IMG/VR virus record: IMGVR_UViG_3300020045_007198
Location: 1-26,983 of that record
Strand: one strand, 5' to 3'
DNA length: 26,983 nt
Source of the DNA: a virus
Lineage: Duplodnaviria > Caudoviricetes
The notes under the pieces were generated by a model. That model did no database searches. It was not told the DNA's origin and was given only the letters and a program-made list of their open reading frames with translations. Both the position numbers and the translations under genes were made by a program. This document shows positions 1-8,989 of this stretch, one piece after another. Numbering within the stretch: the first letter of the stretch is position 1; every line of letters begins with the position of its first letter.

Positions 1-121
1 AAAGTTCACATCATGTTTATAAAACTTGTTTTTTAATAAAAACAAATGGATTTAATTTAGAATCAAATAATGATTTTTATTGTAATAAATGGTAAAATAA
101 GCAATAAATAACTAACTTTTA

Positions 122-129
122 GCTATAAT
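122..129 (+). promoter_or_regulatory. Putative sigma70 -10 box (GCTATAAT) for ORF 154
   Basis: TATAAT at 124-129, 25 nt before the ATG, followed by SD AAGGAG; the same GnTATAAT pattern recurs before most + strand genes. Confidence 0.55.
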
Positions 130-153
130 TATCCTAATTTAAAAAGGAGAGTT

Positions 154-555
154 ATGGAACAATATTACAAAGTATTAGAATTGTTTAAATATGATTTAGA
201 CACTGCTGCTTATGTAATATCGCACCATAGCGAAATTAAAGATAAAAATAAAATCTTAAAGAAGCTAGAAAAATATGAGGTCAAAGAGTTCTTAGAGATA
301 TTTAATGTAATATTAGAGAACAAAGATGATGCACTTCTAAGAGCTAATATGATTGAGTTTAAGAGTGAAATTGATTATATTAGATACTTGAAAGATAAGC
401 TAATCTTAAATGATGTTTTATTTGCTAACTGGGAAAAGAAAAAAGTAGTTAGAAATAAATCGCAAGTCATTAAGAAAAGTAAGCCGAAGAGTAAAAAGAG
501 AAAAGTGATTAAGAAAGTAGTTTGTAATAAAAATTTATTAGATTTTATGGAGTAG
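154..555 (+). CDS. Hypothetical phage protein, basic C-terminus
   Basis: 133-aa ORF with AAGGAG SD; Lys-rich tail; no recognised motif. Confidence 0.75.
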   Translation: MEQYYKVLELFKYDLDTAAYVISHHSEIKDKNKILKKLEKYEVKEFLEIFNVILENKDDALLRANMIEFKSEIDYIRYLKDKLILNDVLFANWEKKKVVRNKSQVIKKSKPKSKKRKVIKKVVCNKNLLDFME

Positions 556-558
556 AAA

Positions 559-780
559 ATGAAAACGAATATAAAAATAAAAGATACTAAAGAAATACAA
601 ACTGAAATTAAAAACAAGATAGATGAATGTATTTCTTTTTTACAAAACTGTAATGAAGATGAATTAATAGGAAGATTATATAGTCTTGAAGCAAAGATAC
701 AAAATGATGATATGAAGTCAGGATTAGAATTATCTATACTAACTTATATTATGCACGAATGCGTAGAGGGAATAGAATGA
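559..780 (+). CDS. Hypothetical protein
   Basis: 73-aa ORF with GGAG SD, tightly packed after the previous gene. Confidence 0.7.
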   Translation: MKTNIKIKDTKEIQTEIKNKIDECISFLQNCNEDELIGRLYSLEAKIQNDDMKSGLELSILTYIMHECVEGIE

Positions 781-914
781 AAAAACTAATATCAGCTTCA
801 TTTGTAGTATTTCTAAAGATATTTGAACCGACAAGAAGTAATGGAAGTGTTAAGATTAGTGAAAGATTTGATTTAAAGGAAACAGATGAAAGTAAGTCAA
901 AAAGAATTAGATGA
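777..914 (+). CDS. Small hypothetical protein (45 aa, MKKLISASFVVFLKIFEP...), not in ORF track
   Basis: ATGA start/stop overlap with ORF 559-780, GAGGG SD, fills the gap to ORF 886. Confidence 0.5.
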   Translation: MKKLISASFVVFLKIFEPTRSNGSVKISERFDLKETDESKSKRIR

Positions 915-1083
915 AATATTAGATTATCTTACTGGAGAAATAGACAATCTAAAGACAAGCCATAAACAAGAAATAAAGTCTATTATAGTAGACTATGAAA
1001 ACATAATATATAACCTAAGAGTAGAATTATATAAATTGCAAAATCAACCTAGTAAAACAATTATAAAATATGTTAAAAGGTAA
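886..1083 (+). CDS. Hypothetical coiled-coil protein
   Basis: 65-aa ORF with AAGGA SD. Confidence 0.7.
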   Translation: MKVSQKELDEILDYLTGEIDNLKTSHKQEIKSIIVDYENIIYNLRVELYKLQNQPSKTIIKYVKR

Positions 1084-1086
1084 TTA

Positions 1087-1710
1087 ATGGCATATAGTCA
1101 AGAGGTATGGAATAAAGCAAAGTTTCTATTTGAGATAGGAAAATCACTACAAGAAATATCTATTGAATGTAATATTAAAGATAGGACTTCAATATCAAGA
1201 AAAGCAAAGAATGAAGATTGGATTAAGAATAAAAATCAACATATAAAAGCCGACATTATAGACATTGAAGAACAAAATACAACATTAGAGGCTAAAAAAA
1301 CAACAGCTATAAAAAAATTGACAACACTTGCAGATTATGAGATAACAATACTTGATGAAATAATACAAGATGAAATAGGAAATAAATCACTTTTATTCAG
1401 TACAGCTAATCTATCATTGATTAGAAAAAATCAAATGCTAACCAAAAACACTAAGCAAGTAGTAGAATACGAAACACACTATAGCGATGACGGAAAGCCT
1501 TTAATGAAAAGCCCTAAAACTATTGAAATAGAATTATCACCATCTGATTATAAAGCTATTGACGAGGGTATTGATAAGAACGCTATAACATTAGAACACG
1601 CACCACGACACGCAAATACTAATATTAAAGTGGATAACAATAACACACAGCAAACTAATCTATCAATAGAGGATATAAGCCTAGCTATTGCAAACGGGTT
1701 ACCTGATTAA
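1087..1710 (+). CDS. terS: Terminase small subunit
   Basis: N-terminal HTH-like segment (W..AK.LFE.GKSLQEIS...TSISRKAK.EDW), coiled-coil middle, overlaps terL start by 1 nt. Confidence 0.75.
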   Translation: MAYSQEVWNKAKFLFEIGKSLQEISIECNIKDRTSISRKAKNEDWIKNKNQHIKADIIDIEEQNTTLEAKKTTAIKKLTTLADYEITILDEIIQDEIGNKSLLFSTANLSLIRKNQMLTKNTKQVVEYETHYSDDGKPLMKSPKTIEIELSPSDYKAIDEGIDKNAITLEHAPRHANTNIKVDNNNTQQTNLSIEDISLAIANGLPD

Positions 1711-3011
1711 TGGAATATCTATCAGAAATAAATAAAAAGCGTTGGTATAGACTAATTGACCACCCAGTCCAATTAGAATTATTAAATGATGATGTTAGAT
1801 TTAAAGTTGTTCCAGCAGGTAGAAGAAGTGGAAAAACTGAACGAGCTAAAAGATACATAATCAAACAAGCATTAAAGAATCCAAATGAACAATATTTTGT
1901 AGCTGCTCCAACAAGAGACCAAGTAAAAAAGATTTATTGGAATGACTTAAAAAAGTTAATGCCTGAATCTCAAAAAGCAAAACCACCAAGTGAAACAGAA
2001 CTTACATTGCACTTTAAAAATGGAACAGTAATTATATTAATTGGATTAGATAAACCAGAGAGAATTGAGGGTACTTTTTGGAGTGGTGGAATAATAGACG
2101 AAATTGCAGATATTAAAGAGGGTGCATGGGAAGCTAATATTTCACCTGCACTAGATACATTTAATCCATCACGACCAGATTATCAAGCATGGTGTTGGTT
2201 AATTGGTGTACCTGATGGGCTTAATCATTATTACGATATGGCAAACTATGCAGAAACAGCAAACGACCCTCAATGGAAACTATATCACTGGAAGTCAAGT
2301 GAGATATTACCTACTAAGACAATTGAAGCAGCTAAACGGCGTATGAGTAGAAAGCAATATCTACAAGAGTATGAAGCAAGTTTTGAAACTGCAACGGGTA
2401 GAGCCTATGAAGATTATTCTAAAAAGAATCACACGGATAAAGTTTATGACCCCGACAGACCTATACATTGGTGTCACGATTTTAACTATACACCTATGAG
2501 TAGTGCAATTGTTCAAGAATATGGAGATGTATCTTATGTAGTAGATGAAATAATCCTTGAAAGTGCAGTAGCTAGAAATGCAGTAATGGAATTTGTGCAG
2601 AAATATCAACACGCTAAAATTAAACAAGTATTTTTATATGGTGATGCAGCAGGAAGAGCAGGAGAAAAACATAGTCAAGAGTCAAGTTGGAGTGCAATTA
2701 AAGATATACTATTTGCTAATAACTGGATAGTGATTGATAAAGTACCTTATTCTAATATGTCAATTATGGACGGACAAAACTCATTAAGGGCTAGAATATT
2801 AAATGCAATGGATGAAGTGAACTTTTTTGTTAATCCGTCAATATGTAAATATACAGATAAAGGGTTATCAACTACACAGCTTAAAGAGGGTTCCTCATTC
2901 CAAGAAAAAGATAGTCAATATCAACATATTACGACAGCGTTACGATATTACACTAAAGTAAGATTCCCATTGGTGCAAACTTATTCAACAGCTAAATTAA
3001 TGGGGATTTAG
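1710..3011 (+). CDS. terL: Terminase large subunit
   Basis: Walker A AGRRSGKT, Walker B IIDEIAD, QEYEASF linker, RNase H-like nuclease region (HDFNYTP, YGDAAG). Confidence 0.95.
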   Translation: MEYLSEINKKRWYRLIDHPVQLELLNDDVRFKVVPAGRRSGKTERAKRYIIKQALKNPNEQYFVAAPTRDQVKKIYWNDLKKLMPESQKAKPPSETELTLHFKNGTVIILIGLDKPERIEGTFWSGGIIDEIADIKEGAWEANISPALDTFNPSRPDYQAWCWLIGVPDGLNHYYDMANYAETANDPQWKLYHWKSSEILPTKTIEAAKRRMSRKQYLQEYEASFETATGRAYEDYSKKNHTDKVYDPDRPIHWCHDFNYTPMSSAIVQEYGDVSYVVDEIILESAVARNAVMEFVQKYQHAKIKQVFLYGDAAGRAGEKHSQESSWSAIKDILFANNWIVIDKVPYSNMSIMDGQNSLRARILNAMDEVNFFVNPSICKYTDKGLSTTQLKEGSSFQEKDSQYQHITTALRYYTKVRFPLVQTYSTAKLMGI

Positions 3012-3041
3012 ATATAATTTGATAAATTAAAAGGGGTTTAA

Positions 3042-3323
3042 ATGTTAGAAATAAAAACAAAAAATGGATTAAGCTATATTAATACTAATCAAGTATTAGG
3101 GATTCAAAGAAGAGAATATAATCACAGCAAAGAAGATAAAATTTATACTATTGATGTTCAATATCAATTTGGAAATGTAGGACTTGAATTTATGTCTTTA
3201 GATGAAGCAAATGATACAGCAAAGAACATATCTGATAATGTTAGCGGACTAGATGAACAAAAAGATTATGTTAAGGGATTTAAGGACGGAGTGGAATATG
3301 CACTTAAACTAAAAGGGGTTTAA
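3042..3323 (+). CDS. Hypothetical protein inserted between terL and portal
   Basis: 93-aa ORF, own GATATAAT box (3011-3018) and AAGGGG SD. Confidence 0.75.
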   Translation: MLEIKTKNGLSYINTNQVLGIQRREYNHSKEDKIYTIDVQYQFGNVGLEFMSLDEANDTAKNISDNVSGLDEQKDYVKGFKDGVEYALKLKGV

Positions 3324-3324
3324 A

Positions 3325-3723
3325 ATAAAAGCACTAGATAAATATAAAGAAATAATATCACTTCAAAATAAGTTTAAAAACATAACAGTTGAATTTTTAC
3401 TATTTGATTATTTTACTTTTACTAAACAATTTGAAAATGAAGATGAAATCATCTCTTTTATGGAAAAAGAATATTATATTTTAAAGTGCGAATACTTAGA
3501 AGAAAGTAGAAAAGAACTTAATAGAAAAATAGATAATCAAAGAAAGCAGTTATTTAATTTAAATAAAGCCTATAATAAGTTAGCTGATACTAAAAATATA
3601 CAACAACATAACTTAGATATTTTATTTGAAAATGGATTAATAAATGGAGAAACATATCTAAAGCATACAGTTAAAGATATAGTAAAGTTATGCCCTGACA
3701 TTGACTTTGAAAAACTAAAGTAA
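3325..3723 (+). CDS. Hypothetical protein, probably 132 aa from an ATA start (ORF track starts at ATG 3460)
   Basis: Frame open from 3313; ATA at 3325 sits 6 nt after AGGGG, where the sister cassettes have ATG; ATG 3460 has no SD. Confidence 0.6.
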   Translation: MKALDKYKEIISLQNKFKNITVEFLLFDYFTFTKQFENEDEIISFMEKEYYILKCEYLEESRKELNRKIDNQRKQLFNLNKAYNKLADTKNIQQHNLDILFENGLINGETYLKHTVKDIVKLCPDIDFEKLK

Positions 3724-3827
3724 GTTACCAATCTACACACTAAAACAAATTTAACTTTGATTTTATGTGAATTGTTTGGAGTTTTGATTGTTGTGTGGTA
3801 TATTAAATAAAAAAGAGGAGATTGAAT

Positions 3828-4226
3828 ATGAGATATATTAAATTTAGAGCATGGGATACAAAATCAGAATCAATGGAACATGAAATAGCAATAGGTAAAG
3901 GATATAGTGAAGATTCTTATATCTTATTTTTAGGGCTAGGAGAAACTTTTATTATTGATGATGATATAGTTAAGATTATGCAATATACATCAGTAAAAGA
4001 CATAAATAATATAGAAATATATGAGGGTGATATTATAGAAATAACTACTGAGTCAGGAAAATGGATAACAAAAGTTGGCAATCATGGAGTATGGCACGAA
4101 ATATTAGTTAATGATTCAGATATAGATTTAGAATATATATCAATAAATTATGCTTATGACTTTTTAGATTGTGAAATTAAAATTATCGGGAACATATACG
4201 AAAATCCAGACTTATTAAAAGGATAA
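3828..4226 (+). CDS. YopX family protein (copy 1)
   Basis: IKFRAWD...MQYT..KD.N..EIYEGDII...IIGNIYENPDLL signature; ATG 3828 is better spaced from GAGGAG than TTG 3822. Confidence 0.9.
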   Translation: MRYIKFRAWDTKSESMEHEIAIGKGYSEDSYILFLGLGETFIIDDDIVKIMQYTSVKDINNIEIYEGDIIEITTESGKWITKVGNHGVWHEILVNDSDIDLEYISINYAYDFLDCEIKIIGNIYENPDLLKG

Positions 4227-4273
4227 TTAACCACACCCACAAATAGGATATAATTATCTAAAAAAGGATAACT

Positions 4274-5677
4274 ATGTCCGTAAATAAAGTAAGTAACCAA
4301 CATTTACTATTCAAATCACACTTAGAAGATTGTATCAAAATGCGTACAGTCTTCGAAGGTGATAAAGCTATTAAAAAGAATGCTGAAACTTATGTTCCTA
4401 AAAATAAAGGCGTAGATATTGAAGATTACAACGCTATTATCAAAAGGTCAGTATTCGAAAACTTTACCGAAGCTACTGCAAAAGGAATATCTGGATTAAT
4501 CTTTGCTAAAGAGCCTACAATCTCACTTCCTGCATCATTAGAGTTATTAAAAGACAATATTGATATGGACGATAATACAATCGTAGACTTATCGCAAAAT
4601 ATAGTTAATGAATTAATGGAAGTTGGAAGATGTGGACTTTTAATTGATGTTCCTAATATTGATACAACGGGAATGACTAAGCCACAAACAGACGCTTTAA
4701 ACATTCGAGCCTTTACTAAGCTTTACAAATCAGAAACTATAATCAATTGGAGATATGAGTCTATAAATTCTGTTAATAAGCTTACATTGCTAGTATTACA
4801 CGAAGTTTATGAAGATTGGACGGATAGATTTACTTCAACTTTAAAAAATAGATATAGAGTTTATTCGTTAATTGATAATGTTTGCTATGTTGAAGTGTAT
4901 GAAGAAAATGACAAGAGTTTTATTAATACTATGGATATGAAGCCAGTTATTGTTAAAGGATCAACTATTAATTACATTCCATTCATTCCACTAACTTATA
5001 AAGATATTTCAATCATCCCAGTTAAACCACCTTTGATGGATATTGCAAATATAAACCTTAATTACTATGGTGTAGCAGTTGAACGAAGAAATGTTATCCA
5101 CTTTGTTGGTAATCCATTCTTTATGGGTAAAGGAATCAATACAAGAACAGAGAGCGGAGGAAATTTAGCTATTACTTTAGGTTCATCTATCGCACAAATA
5201 TTTCAAGAGCCTAACGCTGATATGAAAATAGTAGAAACACAAGGGACGGGATTAGCCTTTAATGAAAGTTACCTAAACGATTGTAAATCTACTATGGCTG
5301 CACTTGGAGCTAGATTATTAGTACCCGAAGCTAACGCACAAATTAGCGAAAACACTATGCAAATGAAAACAGCAGGTTATCGTGCTACTATTATGCAAAT
5401 TGCAAATACAGCTTCAAGAGCTATTACTCAGGCTTTAAAGATAATCGCTGAGTGGGAAGGACAAAATCCTAATGAGGTTAAACTTGAACTTAACACCGAT
5501 TACAATTTAAGTGAAATGGATGCTCAAACAATCACAGCACTTGTAACAGCTTGGCAAACGGGAGCTATCAGACAAGAGGATATGTTTAAAAAGCTACAAA
5601 AAGGTGAGATTATTGAAAGTGAAATTAGCTTTGATGATTATAAGAGTAATTTAGAGGTTACTAGTCCGAATTTATAA
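4274..5677 (+). CDS. Portal protein (SPP1 gp6-like / DUF4055 type)
   Basis: 467 aa after terL; R..FENFT, GRCGLLID, KPPLMDIANINL and LNTDY motifs typical of this portal family. Confidence 0.9.
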   Translation: MSVNKVSNQHLLFKSHLEDCIKMRTVFEGDKAIKKNAETYVPKNKGVDIEDYNAIIKRSVFENFTEATAKGISGLIFAKEPTISLPASLELLKDNIDMDDNTIVDLSQNIVNELMEVGRCGLLIDVPNIDTTGMTKPQTDALNIRAFTKLYKSETIINWRYESINSVNKLTLLVLHEVYEDWTDRFTSTLKNRYRVYSLIDNVCYVEVYEENDKSFINTMDMKPVIVKGSTINYIPFIPLTYKDISIIPVKPPLMDIANINLNYYGVAVERRNVIHFVGNPFFMGKGINTRTESGGNLAITLGSSIAQIFQEPNADMKIVETQGTGLAFNESYLNDCKSTMAALGARLLVPEANAQISENTMQMKTAGYRATIMQIANTASRAITQALKIIAEWEGQNPNEVKLELNTDYNLSEMDAQTITALVTAWQTGAIRQEDMFKKLQKGEIIESEISFDDYKSNLEVTSPNL

Positions 5678-5695
5678 GAGGGGATTATCCCTCTT
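5676..5695. terminator. Hairpin between convergent portal and ORF 5699-5914
   Basis: AAGAGGG-GATTAT-CCCTCTT. Confidence 0.65.
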
Positions 5696-5698
5696 TGC

Positions 5699-5914
5699 TT
5701 ATTTTCTTAAGTCTGTAATCTCTTCTATTTCCAATATTCTAACCTCACTATCAAAGTCAAAAATAGCAGACCATAGCTCTTTTATATCTTCTTCATTCCA
5801 ATACATATAGTTTTGTCCCAATTTTGTATCTCTATTTAATACAACAGCACTTTTTAATAACTGTATATCTGATATTCTAATCCAACTAACTAGAACTATT
5901 AAATCATTATTCAT
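5699..5914 (-). CDS. Hypothetical protein (antisense cassette 1)
   Basis: 71-aa ORF, SD AAGGAG. Confidence 0.7.
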   Translation of the reverse strand: MNNDLIVLVSWIRISDIQLLKSAVVLNRDTKLGQNYMYWNEEDIKELWSAIFDFDSEVRILEIEEITDLRK

Positions 5915-5933
5915 TTAAAACTCCTTATTTTTA

Positions 5934-6242
5934 TTAGTTGCCATTTAATCTACTTTCTATCCACTTTATTTCTTCTACATCAAAATCTAACTCACTTAAA
6001 TCTAAATGCCTATTTAAGCCATGGTTTTGCATGTAATGAGTGTATTCTTTTGCTAATGTTTCATAATCTATATCATATGCTCTTGTATCTGGTACAAATG
6101 AACTACTTGTAGTTTGATGTCCATAGTCAAAAGTATATAACCAACCTCCATGAACTTTTAATATTAAAGTACTACATTGATGTATACTTTCAGATATTAC
6201 ATCATGTAATTTCATATTATAAATATTCTTCTCTTGATTCAT
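5934..6242 (-). CDS. Hypothetical protein (antisense cassette 1)
   Basis: 102-aa ORF, SD AAGGGG, upstream promoter; KVHGGWLY...FVP segment resembles small phage hypotheticals. Confidence 0.75.
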   Translation of the reverse strand: MNQEKNIYNMKLHDVISESIHQCSTLILKVHGGWLYTFDYGHQTTSSSFVPDTRAYDIDYETLAKEYTHYMQNHGLNRHLDLSELDFDVEEIKWIESRLNGN

Positions 6243-6268
6243 TTTTAAAACCCCTTATTTTTACCCAA

Positions 6269-6297
6269 ACTATACCAAAACAAAATCCACAAATCAA
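6269..6297 (-). promoter_or_regulatory. Sigma70-type promoter of antisense cassette 1
   Basis: TTGATT-N17-TATAGT with TGn extension; back-to-back with a + strand GCTATAAT at 6305-6312. Confidence 0.65.
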
Positions 6298-6441
6298 CTA
6301 TTTAGCTATAATATAAATATAAATTTACATAATGTGTAAAAAGGTAACTGATTAATGCAAAGTTTTACATTAGCTAGGGAATATGTGGATATTCTTTGGG
6401 TTTTATTGTAGAATTTGATAAATTAAATAAGGGGTTTAAAA

Positions 6442-6846
6442 ATGAGAGAGATTAAATATAGAGCATTTGGAAGTTGGGGAAAAAGAAAAGGTGAGTGGTG
6501 GTATGGGACAAATGAAATAGAAAAATATTTTGGAACAGATAAGAGAAAAAATCATTTATCATTACACGCATTTGAAAGATTAATAAAAGGTGAAATTCTA
6601 AATCCATTAACAAGAGGACAATACACTGGATTAAAAGATAAAAATGGTGTAGAGATTTATGAGGGTGATATAATTAAAAAAGAAAAAGACATTGTTACGA
6701 TTAAATACTCTGAATATCATACATCATTTCAAGTGCATTATAATATTTCTATGTCGCCAAAAACAAGTTTATATGAATTTGGATATTCAAAAGAACTTGA
6801 AGTTATCGGAAACATATACGAAAATCCAGATTTATTAAAAGACTAA
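6442..6846 (+). CDS. YopX family protein (copy 2)
   Basis: MREIKYRA...GQYTGLKDKNGVEIYEGDII...EVIGNIYENPDLL. Confidence 0.9.
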   Translation: MREIKYRAFGSWGKRKGEWWYGTNEIEKYFGTDKRKNHLSLHAFERLIKGEILNPLTRGQYTGLKDKNGVEIYEGDIIKKEKDIVTIKYSEYHTSFQVHYNISMSPKTSLYEFGYSKELEVIGNIYENPDLLKD

Positions 6847-6847
6847 T

Positions 6848-7873
6848 ATGCAAAATCTAACAGACGAAATAAAAGACCTACTACTAACTAGAAGCTTACT
6901 CTTACAAAGGGTAAGTAATAGTCTAACTAAAGATATAATCAATGCTTATGTATCGGTTATTGATGATATACTAGCTCAAATCGCAACGGGTAAAAACATT
7001 AACTTAGTGAATATGAATAAAATCATCAATGAACTTAATACGAAACTTACACCTGATTTAACAAGTGTAAACGATGATTTAGTTCAACTTGGAATTAGTG
7101 AAGCTAGTTATGTAGCTAATGGAATAAATGGAGCCATTGGAATTGATTTAGTTAGTAAGCTACCAACGGATAGAACAGTCCAAAAGATAGTTAATACTTC
7201 TTTAATGGACGGATTGACTATAAGTGAGTGGCTAGGCAAACAAGATAAAGCATTCCAGGAAACATTAACTAAGCAGATACGATTAGCTGTCATTGAGGGT
7301 GAAACAAATCCACAGATAGTTAGTAGGCTAAAGGGTGCTTTAGATATTAAGAATAACAATAATATTAAGACTATTGTTCGAACTGCTGTTGCGACTGTAA
7401 CTAATCAGGTTAGGATGGAAACTTATAAAGAGAATAGCGATGTGTTTAAAGGTTGGGAATGGAGCGGAACTCTTGATTCTAGAATAAGACCTGAACATTT
7501 ATTACTAGATGGGGCTATGTGGGATTTTGAGGGCAACGGATTAAATGCTAAAGGTAAAAAATATAAATTTAGACCAGCACCCGATGGATGGGCATGTAGA
7601 TGTATATTACTTCCAATAGTAAAAAGCTTTAAAGAATTAGGTATTCCACTTGATGAAGTAAGTAAGGGAACAAGAAGTTCAATAGATGGGTATGTATCAA
7701 GAGGATTAAATGCTAGTGATTGGTTCGAGTCTAAATCAAAAGCATTTCAAGAGGAGTATTTAGGAAAAGGTCGTTTTGAGTTGTACAAAAAAGGAACTAT
7801 AACTTTATCAGATTTATTAAATCAGCAAGGCAGATATTTATCCCTAAAAGAACTTAAAGAGAAATATAGTTAA
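6848..7873 (+). CDS. Minor head protein (SPP1 gp7 / Mu gpF family)
   Basis: TIVRT, W.GTLDSR..H..LDG and P.P..W.CRC motifs; lies between portal and scaffold. Confidence 0.9.
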   Translation: MQNLTDEIKDLLLTRSLLLQRVSNSLTKDIINAYVSVIDDILAQIATGKNINLVNMNKIINELNTKLTPDLTSVNDDLVQLGISEASYVANGINGAIGIDLVSKLPTDRTVQKIVNTSLMDGLTISEWLGKQDKAFQETLTKQIRLAVIEGETNPQIVSRLKGALDIKNNNNIKTIVRTAVATVTNQVRMETYKENSDVFKGWEWSGTLDSRIRPEHLLLDGAMWDFEGNGLNAKGKKYKFRPAPDGWACRCILLPIVKSFKELGIPLDEVSKGTRSSIDGYVSRGLNASDWFESKSKAFQEEYLGKGRFELYKKGTITLSDLLNQQGRYLSLKELKEKYS

Positions 7874-7888
7874 TATACTTATCTTAGT

Positions 7889-7915
7889 TTATAAGAGGGA
7901 TTAGCCCTCTTATAA
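7889..7915. terminator. Hairpin between convergent minor head gene and ORF 7910-8224
   Basis: TTATAAGAGGG-ATTAG-CCCTCTTATAA, 11-bp stem, near-copy of the 5676 hairpin. Confidence 0.7.
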
Positions 7916-8224
7916 TTGCTCTAACAAAACAACACATTCTTCACTATCAATAGTAATACTATCGTTATCAAATTCCAAAAAGCAAATATCAGATTTATTA
8001 TAATCACCAATACCTTTTTTTATATCATCTATTGATGCACCATCTACAACAATAGGGCAAGAAAAAGAATAACATTTACTAATTCCATGCTCACAAAATT
8101 CAGAGTTGTCTTTGCGACTACATAAATAACCATTATTGCATTGACATTCAGAATCTAAAACTTTATATGGACAGCATTGATAAATTAAATCAAACTGATA
8201 AACACCTCCAATAACAAAACTCAT
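7910..8224 (-). CDS. Cys-rich hypothetical protein (antisense cassette 2)
   Basis: 104 aa with 10 Cys; SD AAGGA. Confidence 0.75.
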   Translation of the reverse strand: MSFVIGGVYQFDLIYQCCPYKVLDSECQCNNGYLCSRKDNSEFCEHGISKCYSFSCPIVVDGASIDDIKKGIGDYNKSDICFLEFDNDSITIDSEECVVLLEQL

Positions 8225-8252
8225 AATACATCCTTAATCATTTTTTTATCCT

Positions 8253-8292
8253 CTTTTTATTTAACTATACCAAACTAAAACAAAATTTACCA
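8253..8292 (-). promoter_or_regulatory. Promoter of ORF 7910-8224, contains a 24-nt exact repeat of 13364-13387
   Basis: AGTTTGGTATAGTTAAATAAAAAG on - strand; TGnTATAGT, weak -35 (TGGTAA). Confidence 0.65.
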
Positions 8293-8349
8293 AACATTCC
8301 ACAAAATAAAAATATAAATTAATCTAGCTGTAACAATTAGTTACAAAGA

Positions 8350-8754
8350 TTATAACCTTGTAACCTTTCTTTTAATATTATCATTTACAGTATATCCATT
8401 AATACTACACATAACTGGTAAATCTTTGTTTTCAAATTTAACAGTCATTAGCTCATCATTTAAGCATATAAAAGTAATTACACCTCTACCATATTCTTTA
8501 CAATATACATAATCATCTACTCTTAATTTTTCTTTCACTAATTCCATCCTCTTATATCTATCATCATATTTGCATTGAAGTAGTTTATCAAATAAAAACC
8601 ATATTTGTACATCATTTAGGTTAAATTCTTTTTTAATCATTACGCTAGTGTAACTATTATTCTCAATTAGTGCTTTATATTTATTCCAAATACTTTTATG
8701 TATCCCATAAGGTGTGTACATTGTATTTTTAGTTTTAAATATAGTTTTTTTCAT
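8350..8754 (-). CDS. Hypothetical protein with possible C-terminal SH3/Tudor-like barrel
   Basis: 134 aa; LRVDDYVYCKEYGRGVITFI...MTVKF pattern; own consensus promoter. Confidence 0.7.
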   Translation of the reverse strand: MKKTIFKTKNTMYTPYGIHKSIWNKYKALIENNSYTSVMIKKEFNLNDVQIWFLFDKLLQCKYDDRYKRMELVKEKLRVDDYVYCKEYGRGVITFICLNDELMTVKFENKDLPVMCSINGYTVNDNIKRKVTRL

Positions 8755-8837
8755 TAAAAAACCTTTTTATATAATCCTTTATTTATTATCATAAATGAAG
8801 TCAGGGATAAGGATATAAATACAGCCTTACTAATAGT

Positions 8838-8866
8838 AGTATATCAATAGGTAGTAATTTTGTCAA
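8838..8866 (-). promoter_or_regulatory. Near-consensus sigma70 promoter for ORF 8350-8754
   Basis: TTGACA-N17-TATACT with TGn extension. Confidence 0.75.
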
Positions 8867-8989
8867 TAGAAAATATAAAAAGATTTTAAAGTTGTTTCCT
8901 TCATAAAAGGATAACTATTGATATTTATGCTATAATTATCTCAATTATGAGTCTGTGGCTTATAAAATTATCCTTGTGGGAGCAATATA

